From Candidatus Woesearchaeota archaeon (GTDB taxonomy: Archaea > Nanobdellota > Nanobdellia > Woesearchaeales > UBA10216): 64,000 nt of DNA. Shown piece after piece: positions 35,883-45,522 of this stretch. How positions within the stretch are numbered: position 1 is the stretch's first letter; each line of letters opens with the position of its first letter. Where the stretch lies: positions 3,989 to 67,988 of the forward strand of contig JACPTE010000021.1 of NCBI GenBank assembly GCA_016192945.1, in the 5' to 3' direction. The position numbers and the translations under genes are program-made. A model generated the notes under the pieces. It was not told the origin of the DNA. It did no database searches and saw only the letters and a list, made by a program, of their open reading frames with translations.

Positions 35883-36013
35883 ACTTATCTGACATATGTT
35901 AGATGTGTATGTTTATAAAACTTTCTGAAACACCCGCTAAATAGATGACACTAACCTTGCATCTCAGATAATTTATCAATTAATTTATATACTTCTTTTT
36001 TGCCACCCATCTC

Positions 36014-36808
36014 ATGGTTAGGATATCTGCATGCCTTGTCATTTACAACGAGGAAAGGGTAATTGCAAGGTGCCTTGACAGCCTGAAGGGCGCTGTTGAT
36101 GAGATTATAATAGTCCATGATGGGCCCTGCACTGACAGGACGCTTGACATAGCCCGCAAGTACACCAAGAAGATTTTCATAAGGCCCAGGGTTGGGGAGG
36201 CTGAGCCTCACAGGCCGTTTGCTTTCTCAAAGGGAAATGGTGATTGGCTGTTGCAGGTTGATGCGGATGAGTATTTCTCAGAAGACTTAAGGAAGGGCAT
36301 CAGGGCATTGACAAGGGATAAGGATGCCAATGCTTTCGCCTTTGCAACAGAGGTTTTTGTCGGCGGGAGGCTTCTGAAGCGTGTCGGATTGGGGAAGGGC
36401 TATCACCTCTGCTTTTTCAGGAAGGGGAAATTCCATTATAAGGGCTATTTCCATGAGATTCCTAGGGTTGATGGTAAAATAAAGTATGTTGACCTTACGC
36501 TTCATCACAGGCCTCTTTACGATAACTATAGCTTTTTCACTTTCAGGAGGAAGTGGCTGAAGTGGGCCAGGAGGCAGGCGGCATTCACTATTGAGAAGGG
36601 CAATGCCCGCTTCCCATCGTTTTTTTATCTTCTTAAGGCGCCTTTGTGGTTAATTTTATATATCGCTTTTTTTTCCATAAGGGAGAGGGGGTTTTTGAAC
36701 GGCTTTGCAGGGCTTAAAATCTCTGTTTTGCAGGGGCTTTACGCCTTTTTTGTCAACCTGTACATATTTTCAATGAAGCTTTTCAAGAAGACAGCGCCCC
36801 GGGACTGA
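36014..36808 (+). CDS. GT2 glycosyltransferase (beta-1,4-glucosyltransferase-like)
   Basis: YNEE..I.RCL.S, DEII, DADE, FHE motifs. Confidence 0.88.
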   Translation: MVRISACLVIYNEERVIARCLDSLKGAVDEIIIVHDGPCTDRTLDIARKYTKKIFIRPRVGEAEPHRPFAFSKGNGDWLLQVDADEYFSEDLRKGIRALTRDKDANAFAFATEVFVGGRLLKRVGLGKGYHLCFFRKGKFHYKGYFHEIPRVDGKIKYVDLTLHHRPLYDNYSFFTFRRKWLKWARRQAAFTIEKGNARFPSFFYLLKAPLWLILYIAFFSIRERGFLNGFAGLKISVLQGLYAFFVNLYIFSMKLFKKTAPRD

Positions 36809-36810
36809 AT

Positions 36811-37902
36811 ATGAAAAACCCGAAGGTTTCAGTTATCATCCTGAATTACAGGAAGCCTGATTACACCCTGAAGTGCATAAGCTCTGTCAGGAAAAGCTCT
36901 TTCAGGGATTATGAGCTTATTGTTGTTGATAACGGCTCTGCAGATAAGTCTGTAGAGCTTTTTAGCAAGGTAAAAGGCATTGTTCTGGTAAAGAACAAGG
37001 AAAACCTTGGCTTTGCTGGCGGCAACAATGCTGGTGTCGAACATGCAAAAGGCAGGTATATTTGCCTTCTCAATAACGACTGCGTCGTTGATAAGGATTG
37101 GCTCTCTGAGCTTGTTAAAGCTATTGAAACTAATAAAGGTGTAGCTGTTGCTTTTCCAAAAATTTTCGGGATTCGCAATGATGGCTCTTATTTTTTTGAT
37201 GAGAAATATGGAACAAAATGTTACAGTACAATTAATCTTCTTCATTATCCCTTCATGGTGGAAAGTCAGGTAGCAGACAAGGTGTCTGTTCGCCACATGG
37301 CAGGCAATGGTTTTTCTATTTTTGATCGCAAGATAATCCCAATTCCTTTTGATCCTGATTATTTTGCTTATGCAGAAGACATGTATCTTGGCCTGCTTTC
37401 AAACTACAAGGGCTATAAAGTCATAAATGTTCCATCTTCAAAGGTCTATCATCAAGGCAGTGTGACTTCAAAGTCCATGAAAAGAGGGGATTTTTTCTTT
37501 GTTCTTGCAGAGCGAAACAAGCTATTGAATGTGTTCTCTTTTTACAGCGGCTGGACTTTGATCAGGCTAATTCCGGTTCTTTTGTTGTTCTGCATTTTCA
37601 CAAACATAGCGTGTACTAACCGAATTATTTCCAGGTTCAAGGCATATCTCTGGATGATCTCTAATTTTGGGCTGGTTCTCAGGAAGCGCAAGGCAGTCCA
37701 AAAACAAAAGGTCGTCTCTGATACCGAAATAATTAAATATCTCACCTGCAGGCTTTACGATGAAAGTACGGCTCCTGTATTTTTCAAGCTTTTTATTCAG
37801 GCGCTAAACAGTTTTGTTTTTGCTTACTGTGCAATTGTTTCATTGCGCACAATGGAGTTTCACAAGAAAAGAATCAGGGATGGAATTTTGGAAGTGGTTT
37901 GA
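36811..37902 (+). CDS. GT2 glycosyltransferase (rhamnosyltransferase-like)
   Basis: VDNGS.D, NLGFAGGNN.G, LLNND, YFAYAED. Confidence 0.9.
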   Translation: MKNPKVSVIILNYRKPDYTLKCISSVRKSSFRDYELIVVDNGSADKSVELFSKVKGIVLVKNKENLGFAGGNNAGVEHAKGRYICLLNNDCVVDKDWLSELVKAIETNKGVAVAFPKIFGIRNDGSYFFDEKYGTKCYSTINLLHYPFMVESQVADKVSVRHMAGNGFSIFDRKIIPIPFDPDYFAYAEDMYLGLLSNYKGYKVINVPSSKVYHQGSVTSKSMKRGDFFFVLAERNKLLNVFSFYSGWTLIRLIPVLLLFCIFTNIACTNRIISRFKAYLWMISNFGLVLRKRKAVQKQKVVSDTEIIKYLTCRLYDESTAPVFFKLFIQALNSFVFAYCAIVSLRTMEFHKKRIRDGILEVV

Positions 37903-38621
37903 TGGCTGGTAGAAGTTTGGCTGATTTTGCAAATGAGCATTTTCATACTGTTGTGTCCTTTGATGACAAGCTTGCCTACAGCTCCAAGATTTATGCAACA
38001 AAGTCAATGCGCTTTTTAAAAGCCTATGGCCAGGGAAAAAACTACAAGCTGCTTGATGTTGGCTGTGGTGATGGCTCTTTCTCAGCAAGGCTCAAGCCGC
38101 TTTATGATGCTTATGGCATAGAGCTTAATCCTGTTGCTTACAAAAAGGCAAGGGCTTTTGGAATAAAGGCTGTCAGGCATGACCTTGCAAAAAAGTTCCC
38201 TTTCCAGGACAATTATTTTGATGTTGTTTACAGTGCAGAAGTTATAGAGCACATATACGACACTGACTTTTACTTAAGCGAGATTTATAGGGTATTAAAG
38301 CCGGGTGGGATTTTTCTTGTAACCACTCCCAATATAGCAAGCCTCACTGACAGGTTTCGTTTGCTGCTTGGGAAGCGCCCAAGCCCGATTGAGTACAGGC
38401 TTGGCATGGACACCAATGGACATATCCGCGGCTACACGTTTGCTGACCTTGCCTCGCAGCTCAGGAACCATGGCTTTGTTGTGGTGAAGCAGACAACCTC
38501 CAATTTCCCGTGCCCTGTTTTCTGGGGTATTCCGAAATTTGTAAAGGTAGCTGCAATGAAGCTGGGAGATTTCTTCCCCACTCTTGGAGGCCATATAATA
38601 ATTATTTCCAGGAAAAAATGA
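37899..38621 (+). CDS. Class I SAM-dependent methyltransferase
   Basis: LLDVGCGDG, EVIEH, RVLKPGG, TTPN. Confidence 0.9.
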   Translation: MMAGRSLADFANEHFHTVVSFDDKLAYSSKIYATKSMRFLKAYGQGKNYKLLDVGCGDGSFSARLKPLYDAYGIELNPVAYKKARAFGIKAVRHDLAKKFPFQDNYFDVVYSAEVIEHIYDTDFYLSEIYRVLKPGGIFLVTTPNIASLTDRFRLLLGKRPSPIEYRLGMDTNGHIRGYTFADLASQLRNHGFVVVKQTTSNFPCPVFWGIPKFVKVAAMKLGDFFPTLGGHIIIISRKK

Positions 38622-39709
38622 AGTTCGTTGAGATTGTGCCTGAGTACCCGATGCGGCTTGGTATGAATGAGAAGGAAGACTATTTTTATTGGCCTGCTAA
38701 GTTAATGATGGATAAGGGTTACAAAGTAGAGTTTTTCACTTTGAAGAAAAAAAATAAGCCGTCTAAGGAAGTCTTCAATAACATAACTGTAAGGCGTTTC
38801 TCCAGCCCCCTAAGCCTTTTGGTTCATTTGTTTTTCCAGCGCGGTGTAAAGTTGATACACGCGCACCTTAGGCCTTTCACTCCCTCTTTGTTTGCCGCTC
38901 TGCTTTTTAATAAACGCAGAATAATAACTCCGCATTCCTATATTCTGGGTTCAAGCAGGCTAATAGCTGAGCTTTCTATCTTTCTTTTCAAAAGGTTCGA
39001 TAAAATAATTGCATTGACACCTTACGAAAAGGGAATCTATCTAAAAAAGGGCATTCCATCTGATAAGGTTTTTTTGTTACCTCATCCAGTTGATTACGAA
39101 TTTTACTCTAAAAAGATATCTGGTAAAGAAACAGTCAGAAAGAAATGGAAAATAAATAAGAATACTTTCGTAGTAATTTCAGTGGCCAATATAAGAAAGT
39201 TCAAGAGAATGGAGACACTCCTAAATGCTTTTAAGATTTTTAATGCCGAGGTGATTAATTCAAAATTAATAATTGTTGGTGAGGATCAGCTGTATAAAGA
39301 GAGGGCACCATCTTTGAACGATATGATTGAACAATTCGGGGTTAAAAATGTTATCCTTACAGGCTTCCAGAGTCATAACTCTGTCAGATCCATTTTAAAT
39401 ATTTCTGATGTTTTCGTAAATACTTCTGATAATGAGACTCAGTGCCTTGCTGTTTATGAAGCGGCTTGTGTTCCTGTTCCACTCTGCCTGTCTGAAATCG
39501 GCTCTTTCACGGGGATTTTTAGAGACTCTGCCTTATATCATAAGTATTACGATTTTGAAAAATTAGCCGCTAACCTCAGCTCTTATTATAACGATACGAA
39601 ACTTAGAAAGAAAAACTCTCAGTCGGCTAAAAAACTTATGCGTCTTTGGAATTTCTCCGCGATTAAGAAAAAAATGGAAAAATTGTATGACGAGGTCATG
39701 GCTTTATGA
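38618..39709 (+). CDS. GT4 glycosyltransferase
   Basis: ATG 38618; K.....L..F, DVFV.TS..E...L...EA motif. Confidence 0.85.
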   Translation: MKFVEIVPEYPMRLGMNEKEDYFYWPAKLMMDKGYKVEFFTLKKKNKPSKEVFNNITVRRFSSPLSLLVHLFFQRGVKLIHAHLRPFTPSLFAALLFNKRRIITPHSYILGSSRLIAELSIFLFKRFDKIIALTPYEKGIYLKKGIPSDKVFLLPHPVDYEFYSKKISGKETVRKKWKINKNTFVVISVANIRKFKRMETLLNAFKIFNAEVINSKLIIVGEDQLYKERAPSLNDMIEQFGVKNVILTGFQSHNSVRSILNISDVFVNTSDNETQCLAVYEAACVPVPLCLSEIGSFTGIFRDSALYHKYYDFEKLAANLSSYYNDTKLRKKNSQSAKKLMRLWNFSAIKKKMEKLYDEVMAL

Positions 39710-40250
39710 CTTTCATCTCAACGTATATTGTGTCTACAATTTCTCCGAGCATGTAGCTTAGCGGTCTTAAAAGTTTTCCTTTGAACGGCACGAATTTTCC
39801 CCAGAAACCAGGATTTAGTTTAAGTTTGACTATCTTGAATTTTGCTTTTTTTGTGAATTTTTTGACAAAGAGGCTTTTGTTCCCTAAATTGTTGCTTGAA
39901 TTAACTGAAAAAAAATCGAATGTTTCGGGTGAAAAGAATCTCTTGGTTGTTGGGTCAGTATGTGGAAGGTGCTGATTGTAGTGTGGCACAATGATTTTTA
40001 TAACAGCACCGTTTTTGCTTATCCTGTACAGCTCTTCCATCACCTCTGAAAGATTTTTTATGAGCGTAAGGATGTTGAATGCGATTACTTCTTCGAATTG
40101 GTCTTCATTGAATGGATAGGGGGTTTTTTCCAGGTCGTGTACTACGTCAACCCCTTCATTTTTTATGAAGTCTAGGTTGACATATCCTTCTCTTATGTCT
40201 GTTCCGCACCCCATGTTCAGTTTGGTTTTCATAGTCTCACCAGTTTTCAA
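39696..40250 (-). CDS. Small SAM methyltransferase-like protein
   Basis: KLNMGCG, GYVNLD, DVVHDL..PYPF, DPT. Confidence 0.8.
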   Translation of the reverse strand: MKTGETMKTKLNMGCGTDIREGYVNLDFIKNEGVDVVHDLEKTPYPFNEDQFEEVIAFNILTLIKNLSEVMEELYRISKNGAVIKIIVPHYNQHLPHTDPTTKRFFSPETFDFFSVNSSNNLGNKSLFVKKFTKKAKFKIVKLKLNPGFWGKFVPFKGKLLRPLSYMLGEIVDTIYVEMKVIKP

Positions 40251-40336
40251 TACTGTTATATAAATCTTTATATTTTGTTAAAAATTGGCAGAACCGAAAA
40301 GTATATAATCTGTGCCAAATCTTTTATAAAAGATAG

Positions 40337-40708
40337 GTGATAAGTATCATAAGTAAAAAACAATTAGGCAACCATAAGGATGAAAGAGGAATGCTGCTTT
40401 GGATTAGTCAAAAGCTTCTTAATTTTGATTTCAAATATATATCTATTGGAAGTATCAAGCCAGGACATAAAAGGGGAGGGCATTATCATAAAGAAACATA
40501 TGAACAATTCATGTGCATAGCTGGGAGAATAAAGTTTGTCAGGGATGACGAATCAATAGTTTTGGAAGCGGGAGATATTGTTGAGATTCCTTTGGGAGCA
40601 GTTCATGTTTTTATTAATGAAGGAAAAGAAACTGCTTATTTTTTAGAGATGAAAAGCATTGAATTTGATGAACAGGACAATTATCTTCGCTTAAAAGATA
40701 AACAGTGA
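40337..40708 (+). CDS. Cupin (WxcM/FdtA-like sugar isomerase)
   Basis: DERG, RGGHYHK...E, H.F.N. Confidence 0.8.
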   Translation: MISIISKKQLGNHKDERGMLLWISQKLLNFDFKYISIGSIKPGHKRGGHYHKETYEQFMCIAGRIKFVRDDESIVLEAGDIVEIPLGAVHVFINEGKETAYFLEMKSIEFDEQDNYLRLKDKQ

Positions 40709-40714
40709 GGAATT

Positions 40715-41824
40715 ATGATTCCAGTTTGCGAACCAACCCTGCAAGGAAACGAAAAAAAATATGTCGATAAATGTGTTGAAACTAATTGGATTTCTTCAAG
40801 CGGAACTTTTATAGAAGAATTTGAAAAAAGGTTCAGTAAATTTTGTGGTGTCAAATACGGGGTTAGCTGCTCAAACGGAACTGTAGCCCTGCATTTGGCA
40901 CTGGCAAGCATCGGGATAGGGAAAGGAGATGAAGTGATAGTTCCGACATTCTCAATAATCGCAGTTTCAAACGCTGTTCTGTACACAGGAGCAATTCCGG
41001 TTTTTGTAGATTCGGAAATGAAAACCTGGAACATGAATCCGGACATGATTGAAGAGAAAATAACTGAAAAGACCAAAGCCATAATTTCCATGCACACTTA
41101 TGGCTGCCCTGTTGACATGGACAGAATAAGAAAAATAGCAGACAAGCATAACCTTAAGATAGTTGAAGATGCTGCAGAAGCGCATGGAGCGACTTACAAG
41201 GACAGAATGGCTGGCAGCCTGGGGGATGTAGCTTGTTTCAGCTTTTATGCTAACAAAATAATAACCACTGGCGAAGGGGGCATGGTTGTGACCAATGATG
41301 AGAAAATTGCAGACAAAGCCAGACTTTTAAGAAACCATGCCTTTACCAAACCCAGATTTGTGCATTACGAAGTTGGGTTTAATTATAGGATGACAAATAT
41401 CCAGGCTGCCATAGGAGTTGCCCAAATGGAAAGGGCAGGCGAGCTTCTGAAAGGAAGGAGGTCAAACGCCCCAAGGTATGAAAACGAACTAAAAGGAGTA
41501 GATGGAATAACCCTGCCTCCAGAATGCCCATATGGAACAAATGTTTACTGGATGTACGGAATCCTGATAGACAAGGATAAGTTTGGAATGGGTAAGGACG
41601 AAGTGATGAAGGAACTTGAGCAACAGGGAATCGAAACCAGGTCATTCTTCTTTCCAATGCACTTGCAGCCTGTTTACAAAAAAAATCAGGCCATTAACTG
41701 TGGTGGAGAATATCCTGTCTCTGAAAAATTATACGCCCAAGGCTTATACTTGCCTTCTTCAAGCCATTTAACCAATGAACAAATAAAGAAGATTGGCATT
41801 GCATTAAAATCGCTGAAAAAATGA
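40715..41824 (+). CDS. DegT family aminotransferase (perosamine synthase-like)
   Basis: SNGTVALHLA, EDAAEAHG, SFYANKIITTGEGG, NYRMTNIQAA. Confidence 0.93.
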   Translation: MIPVCEPTLQGNEKKYVDKCVETNWISSSGTFIEEFEKRFSKFCGVKYGVSCSNGTVALHLALASIGIGKGDEVIVPTFSIIAVSNAVLYTGAIPVFVDSEMKTWNMNPDMIEEKITEKTKAIISMHTYGCPVDMDRIRKIADKHNLKIVEDAAEAHGATYKDRMAGSLGDVACFSFYANKIITTGEGGMVVTNDEKIADKARLLRNHAFTKPRFVHYEVGFNYRMTNIQAAIGVAQMERAGELLKGRRSNAPRYENELKGVDGITLPPECPYGTNVYWMYGILIDKDKFGMGKDEVMKELEQQGIETRSFFFPMHLQPVYKKNQAINCGGEYPVSEKLYAQGLYLPSSSHLTNEQIKKIGIALKSLKK

Positions 41825-42948
41825 GAATAGGAATCATAACAGATGAAACAGACACACAATTAGTAGGGTTTGGCATTTATACACTTGAACTGACAAAAAA
41901 CATACTTCTGATAGATAAAAAAAACGAATACTACCTAATCCATCGCAGGAAAGAAGACCATGAAATTTACAAAATGGGCGCTAAGGAAATAATCGTTCCT
42001 TATAACCCAAGGTTTCCTTTTTCAACAATAAGAAATTTCATAACGCTTCCGCTGAAACTGAGAAAATACAATCTAGATGTAGTCCATCACATGACAGGCA
42101 CAGGGCCTTTTGTTTTCAAGCAGCTGTTAAAGGGCAAGAGCGTTGAAATAATTCACGAAATAGAACCAATACTTTATCCCCAGAACTTCGAACTCTCTGT
42201 GAAGCTGGTTTTCAGGTTTCTTCTGCCAAGAATAGTCAAGAACGTTGATTACATATTAACTGCGTGCAATAGTGCAAAGATGGACATAAGCAGGCATTTC
42301 AAGGTTCCGCTCAATAAAATAGGCGTGGTTTATCCCGGGACAAATTCTCTTTTTAAGCCGATGGACAAAAGAGCTTGTAAAGAGAAAATTAGAAGAAAGT
42401 TCGGAATAAAGGAGGATTACATACTTTTTGTAAGCACGCTGGAGGCAAAGAAGAACATTCCAACATTATTGAAGGCATATAAGAAGCTTAAGGATGGCGG
42501 CTGTAAACATAAGCTGGTGCTTGTAGGCAGGAAGGGTTATGGCTATGAGAAGATTGAGTCGGTAATGAAGAGGCTTAAGCTCGAAAAAGATGTAATAATG
42601 ACTGGGTATGTTCCATTCAGTGACTTGCCAATTTTCTATAATGCTGCTGCCGTATTTGTTTTTCCTCCCTATGAGGCGTTGTGTATGCCAGTCATTGATG
42701 CGATGAAATGCGGATGTCCAATAATAGTTTCAAACGGAGGAGGGGGTCCAGAGGCTTTTGGGAGTGCGGGAATAATAGTGGAGGTTTCTGACAGCGAGGG
42801 CTATGCAAAGGCGATTAAAGAAGTTCTTGAAAATAAAAAACTGGCAGGCTCTATGCGAAGAAAGAGTTTAAAGCGGGCAAAAGATTTCAGCTGGAAGAAA
42901 AGCGCAAAGAAGGTAATAGATGTTTATGAAAGACTAAACAGAGGATAA
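41821..42948 (+). CDS. GT4 glycosyltransferase (mannosyltransferase-like)
   Basis: LE.KKN...LL.AY, FVFP..E...P..AM.CG.P, FSW. Confidence 0.88.
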   Translation: MRIGIITDETDTQLVGFGIYTLELTKNILLIDKKNEYYLIHRRKEDHEIYKMGAKEIIVPYNPRFPFSTIRNFITLPLKLRKYNLDVVHHMTGTGPFVFKQLLKGKSVEIIHEIEPILYPQNFELSVKLVFRFLLPRIVKNVDYILTACNSAKMDISRHFKVPLNKIGVVYPGTNSLFKPMDKRACKEKIRRKFGIKEDYILFVSTLEAKKNIPTLLKAYKKLKDGGCKHKLVLVGRKGYGYEKIESVMKRLKLEKDVIMTGYVPFSDLPIFYNAAAVFVFPPYEALCMPVIDAMKCGCPIIVSNGGGGPEAFGSAGIIVEVSDSEGYAKAIKEVLENKKLAGSMRRKSLKRAKDFSWKKSAKKVIDVYERLNRG

Positions 42949-42949
42949 A

Positions 42950-44422
42950 TTACGCTTTTATCCCTGATATGGCGTTTGCTATCCTGCTTTTCTCCCTTTT
43001 TGTGTTGAAGTGGCTCTTTAGCGTTTCCAGCCGTTCTTCCATTTCCTGCAATGCCTTTTTTTCCGTCTCCGCTATGTTGTTGAGCTCTTTCGGGTCTGTT
43101 TCCAGGTCGTAAAGCTCCTTGTCTGCTCCATGTATGATTCTGCATCTTCTGCACGTGCCTTTTCCGCTTACTGATTTTATTATTTTGTATCTCTCCCCCC
43201 GCAGGGTTGCCTTTTCCTCGTTGTATGTCTCTTCTGCGTAGATGTAGTCCCTTAGCTTTTCGGTATTTCCGTTGGTTATCTGTATTAGGCTTTTTCCATC
43301 CATGTCTTTTGGCGCGCATGCGCTTAACCCTGCCAGCTCTAGCAGCGTTGGCATCAGGTCTGTGTGCTGCACAAGCTGGCTGAACCTTCCCTGCCTGACA
43401 GCTTTCGGGTAGTATATGATGAGAGGTACGTGTATGCTCGGCTCGTAAAGAGCGTGATCGTCAAACAGTATTTCATGCTCAACAAGGCTTTCGCCATGGT
43501 CTGCTGTTATAACGATTATCGTATTGTCGCTTATGCCTTCTGCTTCCAGTTTGCTGGTTATCTGCCTTATAATTCTGTCGACGTAGTTTATTGCACCGTC
43601 GTATTTTGCAATTACTGTTGCCATGTCTTCCCTCTGGTCCAGTATGCCTTCGTAGAACTCCTTTACAGTTTCCCTGTTAACATTTTTCAGGAAATCGCCG
43701 TATTTTTTCCCATTGTGCTCATCCTTTAGGAATTTTTTGTATATCCCGTTTGGGGCGTTGAATGATACGTGGGTGTCCCAGTAGTGGAGCAGCATGAAGA
43801 ATGGCGCGCCTTTGTTCTGTTCTATTAGTTCTATAGCTTTTCTTGTTATTTGCTTGCCATCAAGGCTTACCCTTACCTTGTCTGTGAGCCTTTTCGGGAG
43901 CATGTGCCTGAATGCGAATGTTGCAATCTGTCCCAGCAGGGGTATTCCTTTTATTATTCCTACAATGCTCCTTTTCACTTCAAGGTCGCTGGTGGTTATG
44001 CCGTGGTAATAGTCAAACCCTCTTTTGTGCCATCTGCTGAGCCAGTCCATTCCAAATGTCATGTAGCTGTTCTCCTTGAGGATTTCCTGGAGCAGCTTTG
44101 TGCCTGTCTTTGTGAAGCCCTCAATCTCCTCTTCAGTGACCTGGTTTCCATGGTGCAGGATGCCGTGCGTTCTTGGGTGCTTTCCTGAGAGTATTGTCGT
44201 TACTGATGGCTCTGTTGCGTTCATGCATGAGAAGGCGTTCTCAAATATGATGCCTTTTTTTGCCAGCTCATCTATATGGGGGCTTGTTTTAAGCCCATAC
44301 CCGTAGCAGCTCAGGTGGTCTGCCCTGAGGGCGTCTATTATGAATATTATGATGTTCGGGCGGGCATGTTTGTTTGCTGCCTTTGCCTTTTCTGCTTTTG
44401 CATTATCTCCCATTCCTGCCAT
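42950..44422 (-). CDS. Sulfatase-like (AlkP superfamily) hydrolase/transferase
   Basis: PNII....DALRADHL..YGY...TSP.ID, T.PS..TILSG, HYWDTH, ADHGE, H..LY...HVPLI, ELYDL..DP.E; start uncertain. Confidence 0.88.
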   Translation of the reverse strand: MAGMGDNAKAEKAKAANKHARPNIIIFIIDALRADHLSCYGYGLKTSPHIDELAKKGIIFENAFSCMNATEPSVTTILSGKHPRTHGILHHGNQVTEEEIEGFTKTGTKLLQEILKENSYMTFGMDWLSRWHKRGFDYYHGITTSDLEVKRSIVGIIKGIPLLGQIATFAFRHMLPKRLTDKVRVSLDGKQITRKAIELIEQNKGAPFFMLLHYWDTHVSFNAPNGIYKKFLKDEHNGKKYGDFLKNVNRETVKEFYEGILDQREDMATVIAKYDGAINYVDRIIRQITSKLEAEGISDNTIIVITADHGESLVEHEILFDDHALYEPSIHVPLIIYYPKAVRQGRFSQLVQHTDLMPTLLELAGLSACAPKDMDGKSLIQITNGNTEKLRDYIYAEETYNEEKATLRGERYKIIKSVSGKGTCRRCRIIHGADKELYDLETDPKELNNIAETEKKALQEMEERLETLKSHFNTKREKSRIANAISGIKA

Positions 44423-44469
44423 GAGGCTGCTTACCCTGTTTCTCTTATAAATGTTTTTGTATCTGCAAA

Positions 44470-45522
44470 TTAAGCTGCATGATTCAAACACATTTTTGTA
44501 AGTTTCCTGTATACTTCAATGTGTCTTGCAGCAACTCTATCCCAGTTTGCTTCTTCCCTGTACCCAGCAATTCCTTTTTGATATTTTTCGTATTCGCTGC
44601 TTGTCTTTTTTATAGCTGCAGCCAGAGATTCTTTTGACTTGGGCTCTGCTACTTCTCCGCATTTGAATTGTTCAACTATCTCATATACTCCCCCAGTCCT
44701 TGTAGCGACTATTGGAAGTCCATAGGATATTGCATCGTGCAGGACAGCGCTTTGGTATGGAGCCTTTATGTATGGCAGCACAAGCATGTCACAGTTTGTG
44801 AACAGCTCTTTTTTTCTCTGTTCGCTTATCCACCCAGTCTCCATTTTAATTTTTGCCTTGGACTTCCCTACCAATTCAATTAGTTTTTTGTAGTATTCTT
44901 TGTCTACTGCACTGCCTGCGATTGTTAATTCATATTCTGGCAGTTCTTGCATTGCTTCTATCAGGTATTCTGCTCCTTTGTTGGGGCTTATGATGCCAAA
45001 GAGCAATAGTGAATTGTTTTTTCTTTTGTGCATATCATGCAGGGTTACTCCCATGTATGCAACTTCTGCATTTTTTTTATATTTCTCAAGGATGAACTTT
45101 CTATGCCCTTCTGTGTGTACAATTATCTTGTTTGCTTTCTTTATGATAATCTCCTCTATTTTTTTGATGATTTTTTCGCGCAAGTCTTCTGAATTGTAAT
45201 GCACTTCGTGCAGTGTCACCGCTGTTGGAACTTTTTGGCTCAGCGCAATCACGAAGTTCATATTAAGGCTTGAGATTCCATAATAGCTTCTTGCTGCTAT
45301 GTATTGGAAATGCACCAAGCCTAGTTTTTCAGTTTCAACTATTTTTGCAATGTGTCCTTTTAGCCGTATTGATTTGAGGTTGATTTTATAGTCTGCCTTG
45401 CTTTCAGTTCCTCCAATTGTTATGCATTCGGTTCCTTGCCTTCGAATGGCCGACACAAGATTGTCGCTGTAGATTGAGATGCCATCCTGTTCCCCGAACC
45501 TGCTTACAATCCCGATTTTCAT
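44470..45522 (-). CDS. GT4 glycosyltransferase
   Basis: FGIISPNKG, LVLPY...QSAV...A..YG.P. Confidence 0.88.
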   Translation of the reverse strand: MKIGIVSRFGEQDGISIYSDNLVSAIRRQGTECITIGGTESKADYKINLKSIRLKGHIAKIVETEKLGLVHFQYIAARSYYGISSLNMNFVIALSQKVPTAVTLHEVHYNSEDLREKIIKKIEEIIIKKANKIIVHTEGHRKFILEKYKKNAEVAYMGVTLHDMHKRKNNSLLLFGIISPNKGAEYLIEAMQELPEYELTIAGSAVDKEYYKKLIELVGKSKAKIKMETGWISEQRKKELFTNCDMLVLPYIKAPYQSAVLHDAISYGLPIVATRTGGVYEIVEQFKCGEVAEPKSKESLAAAIKKTSSEYEKYQKGIAGYREEANWDRVAARHIEVYRKLTKMCLNHAA

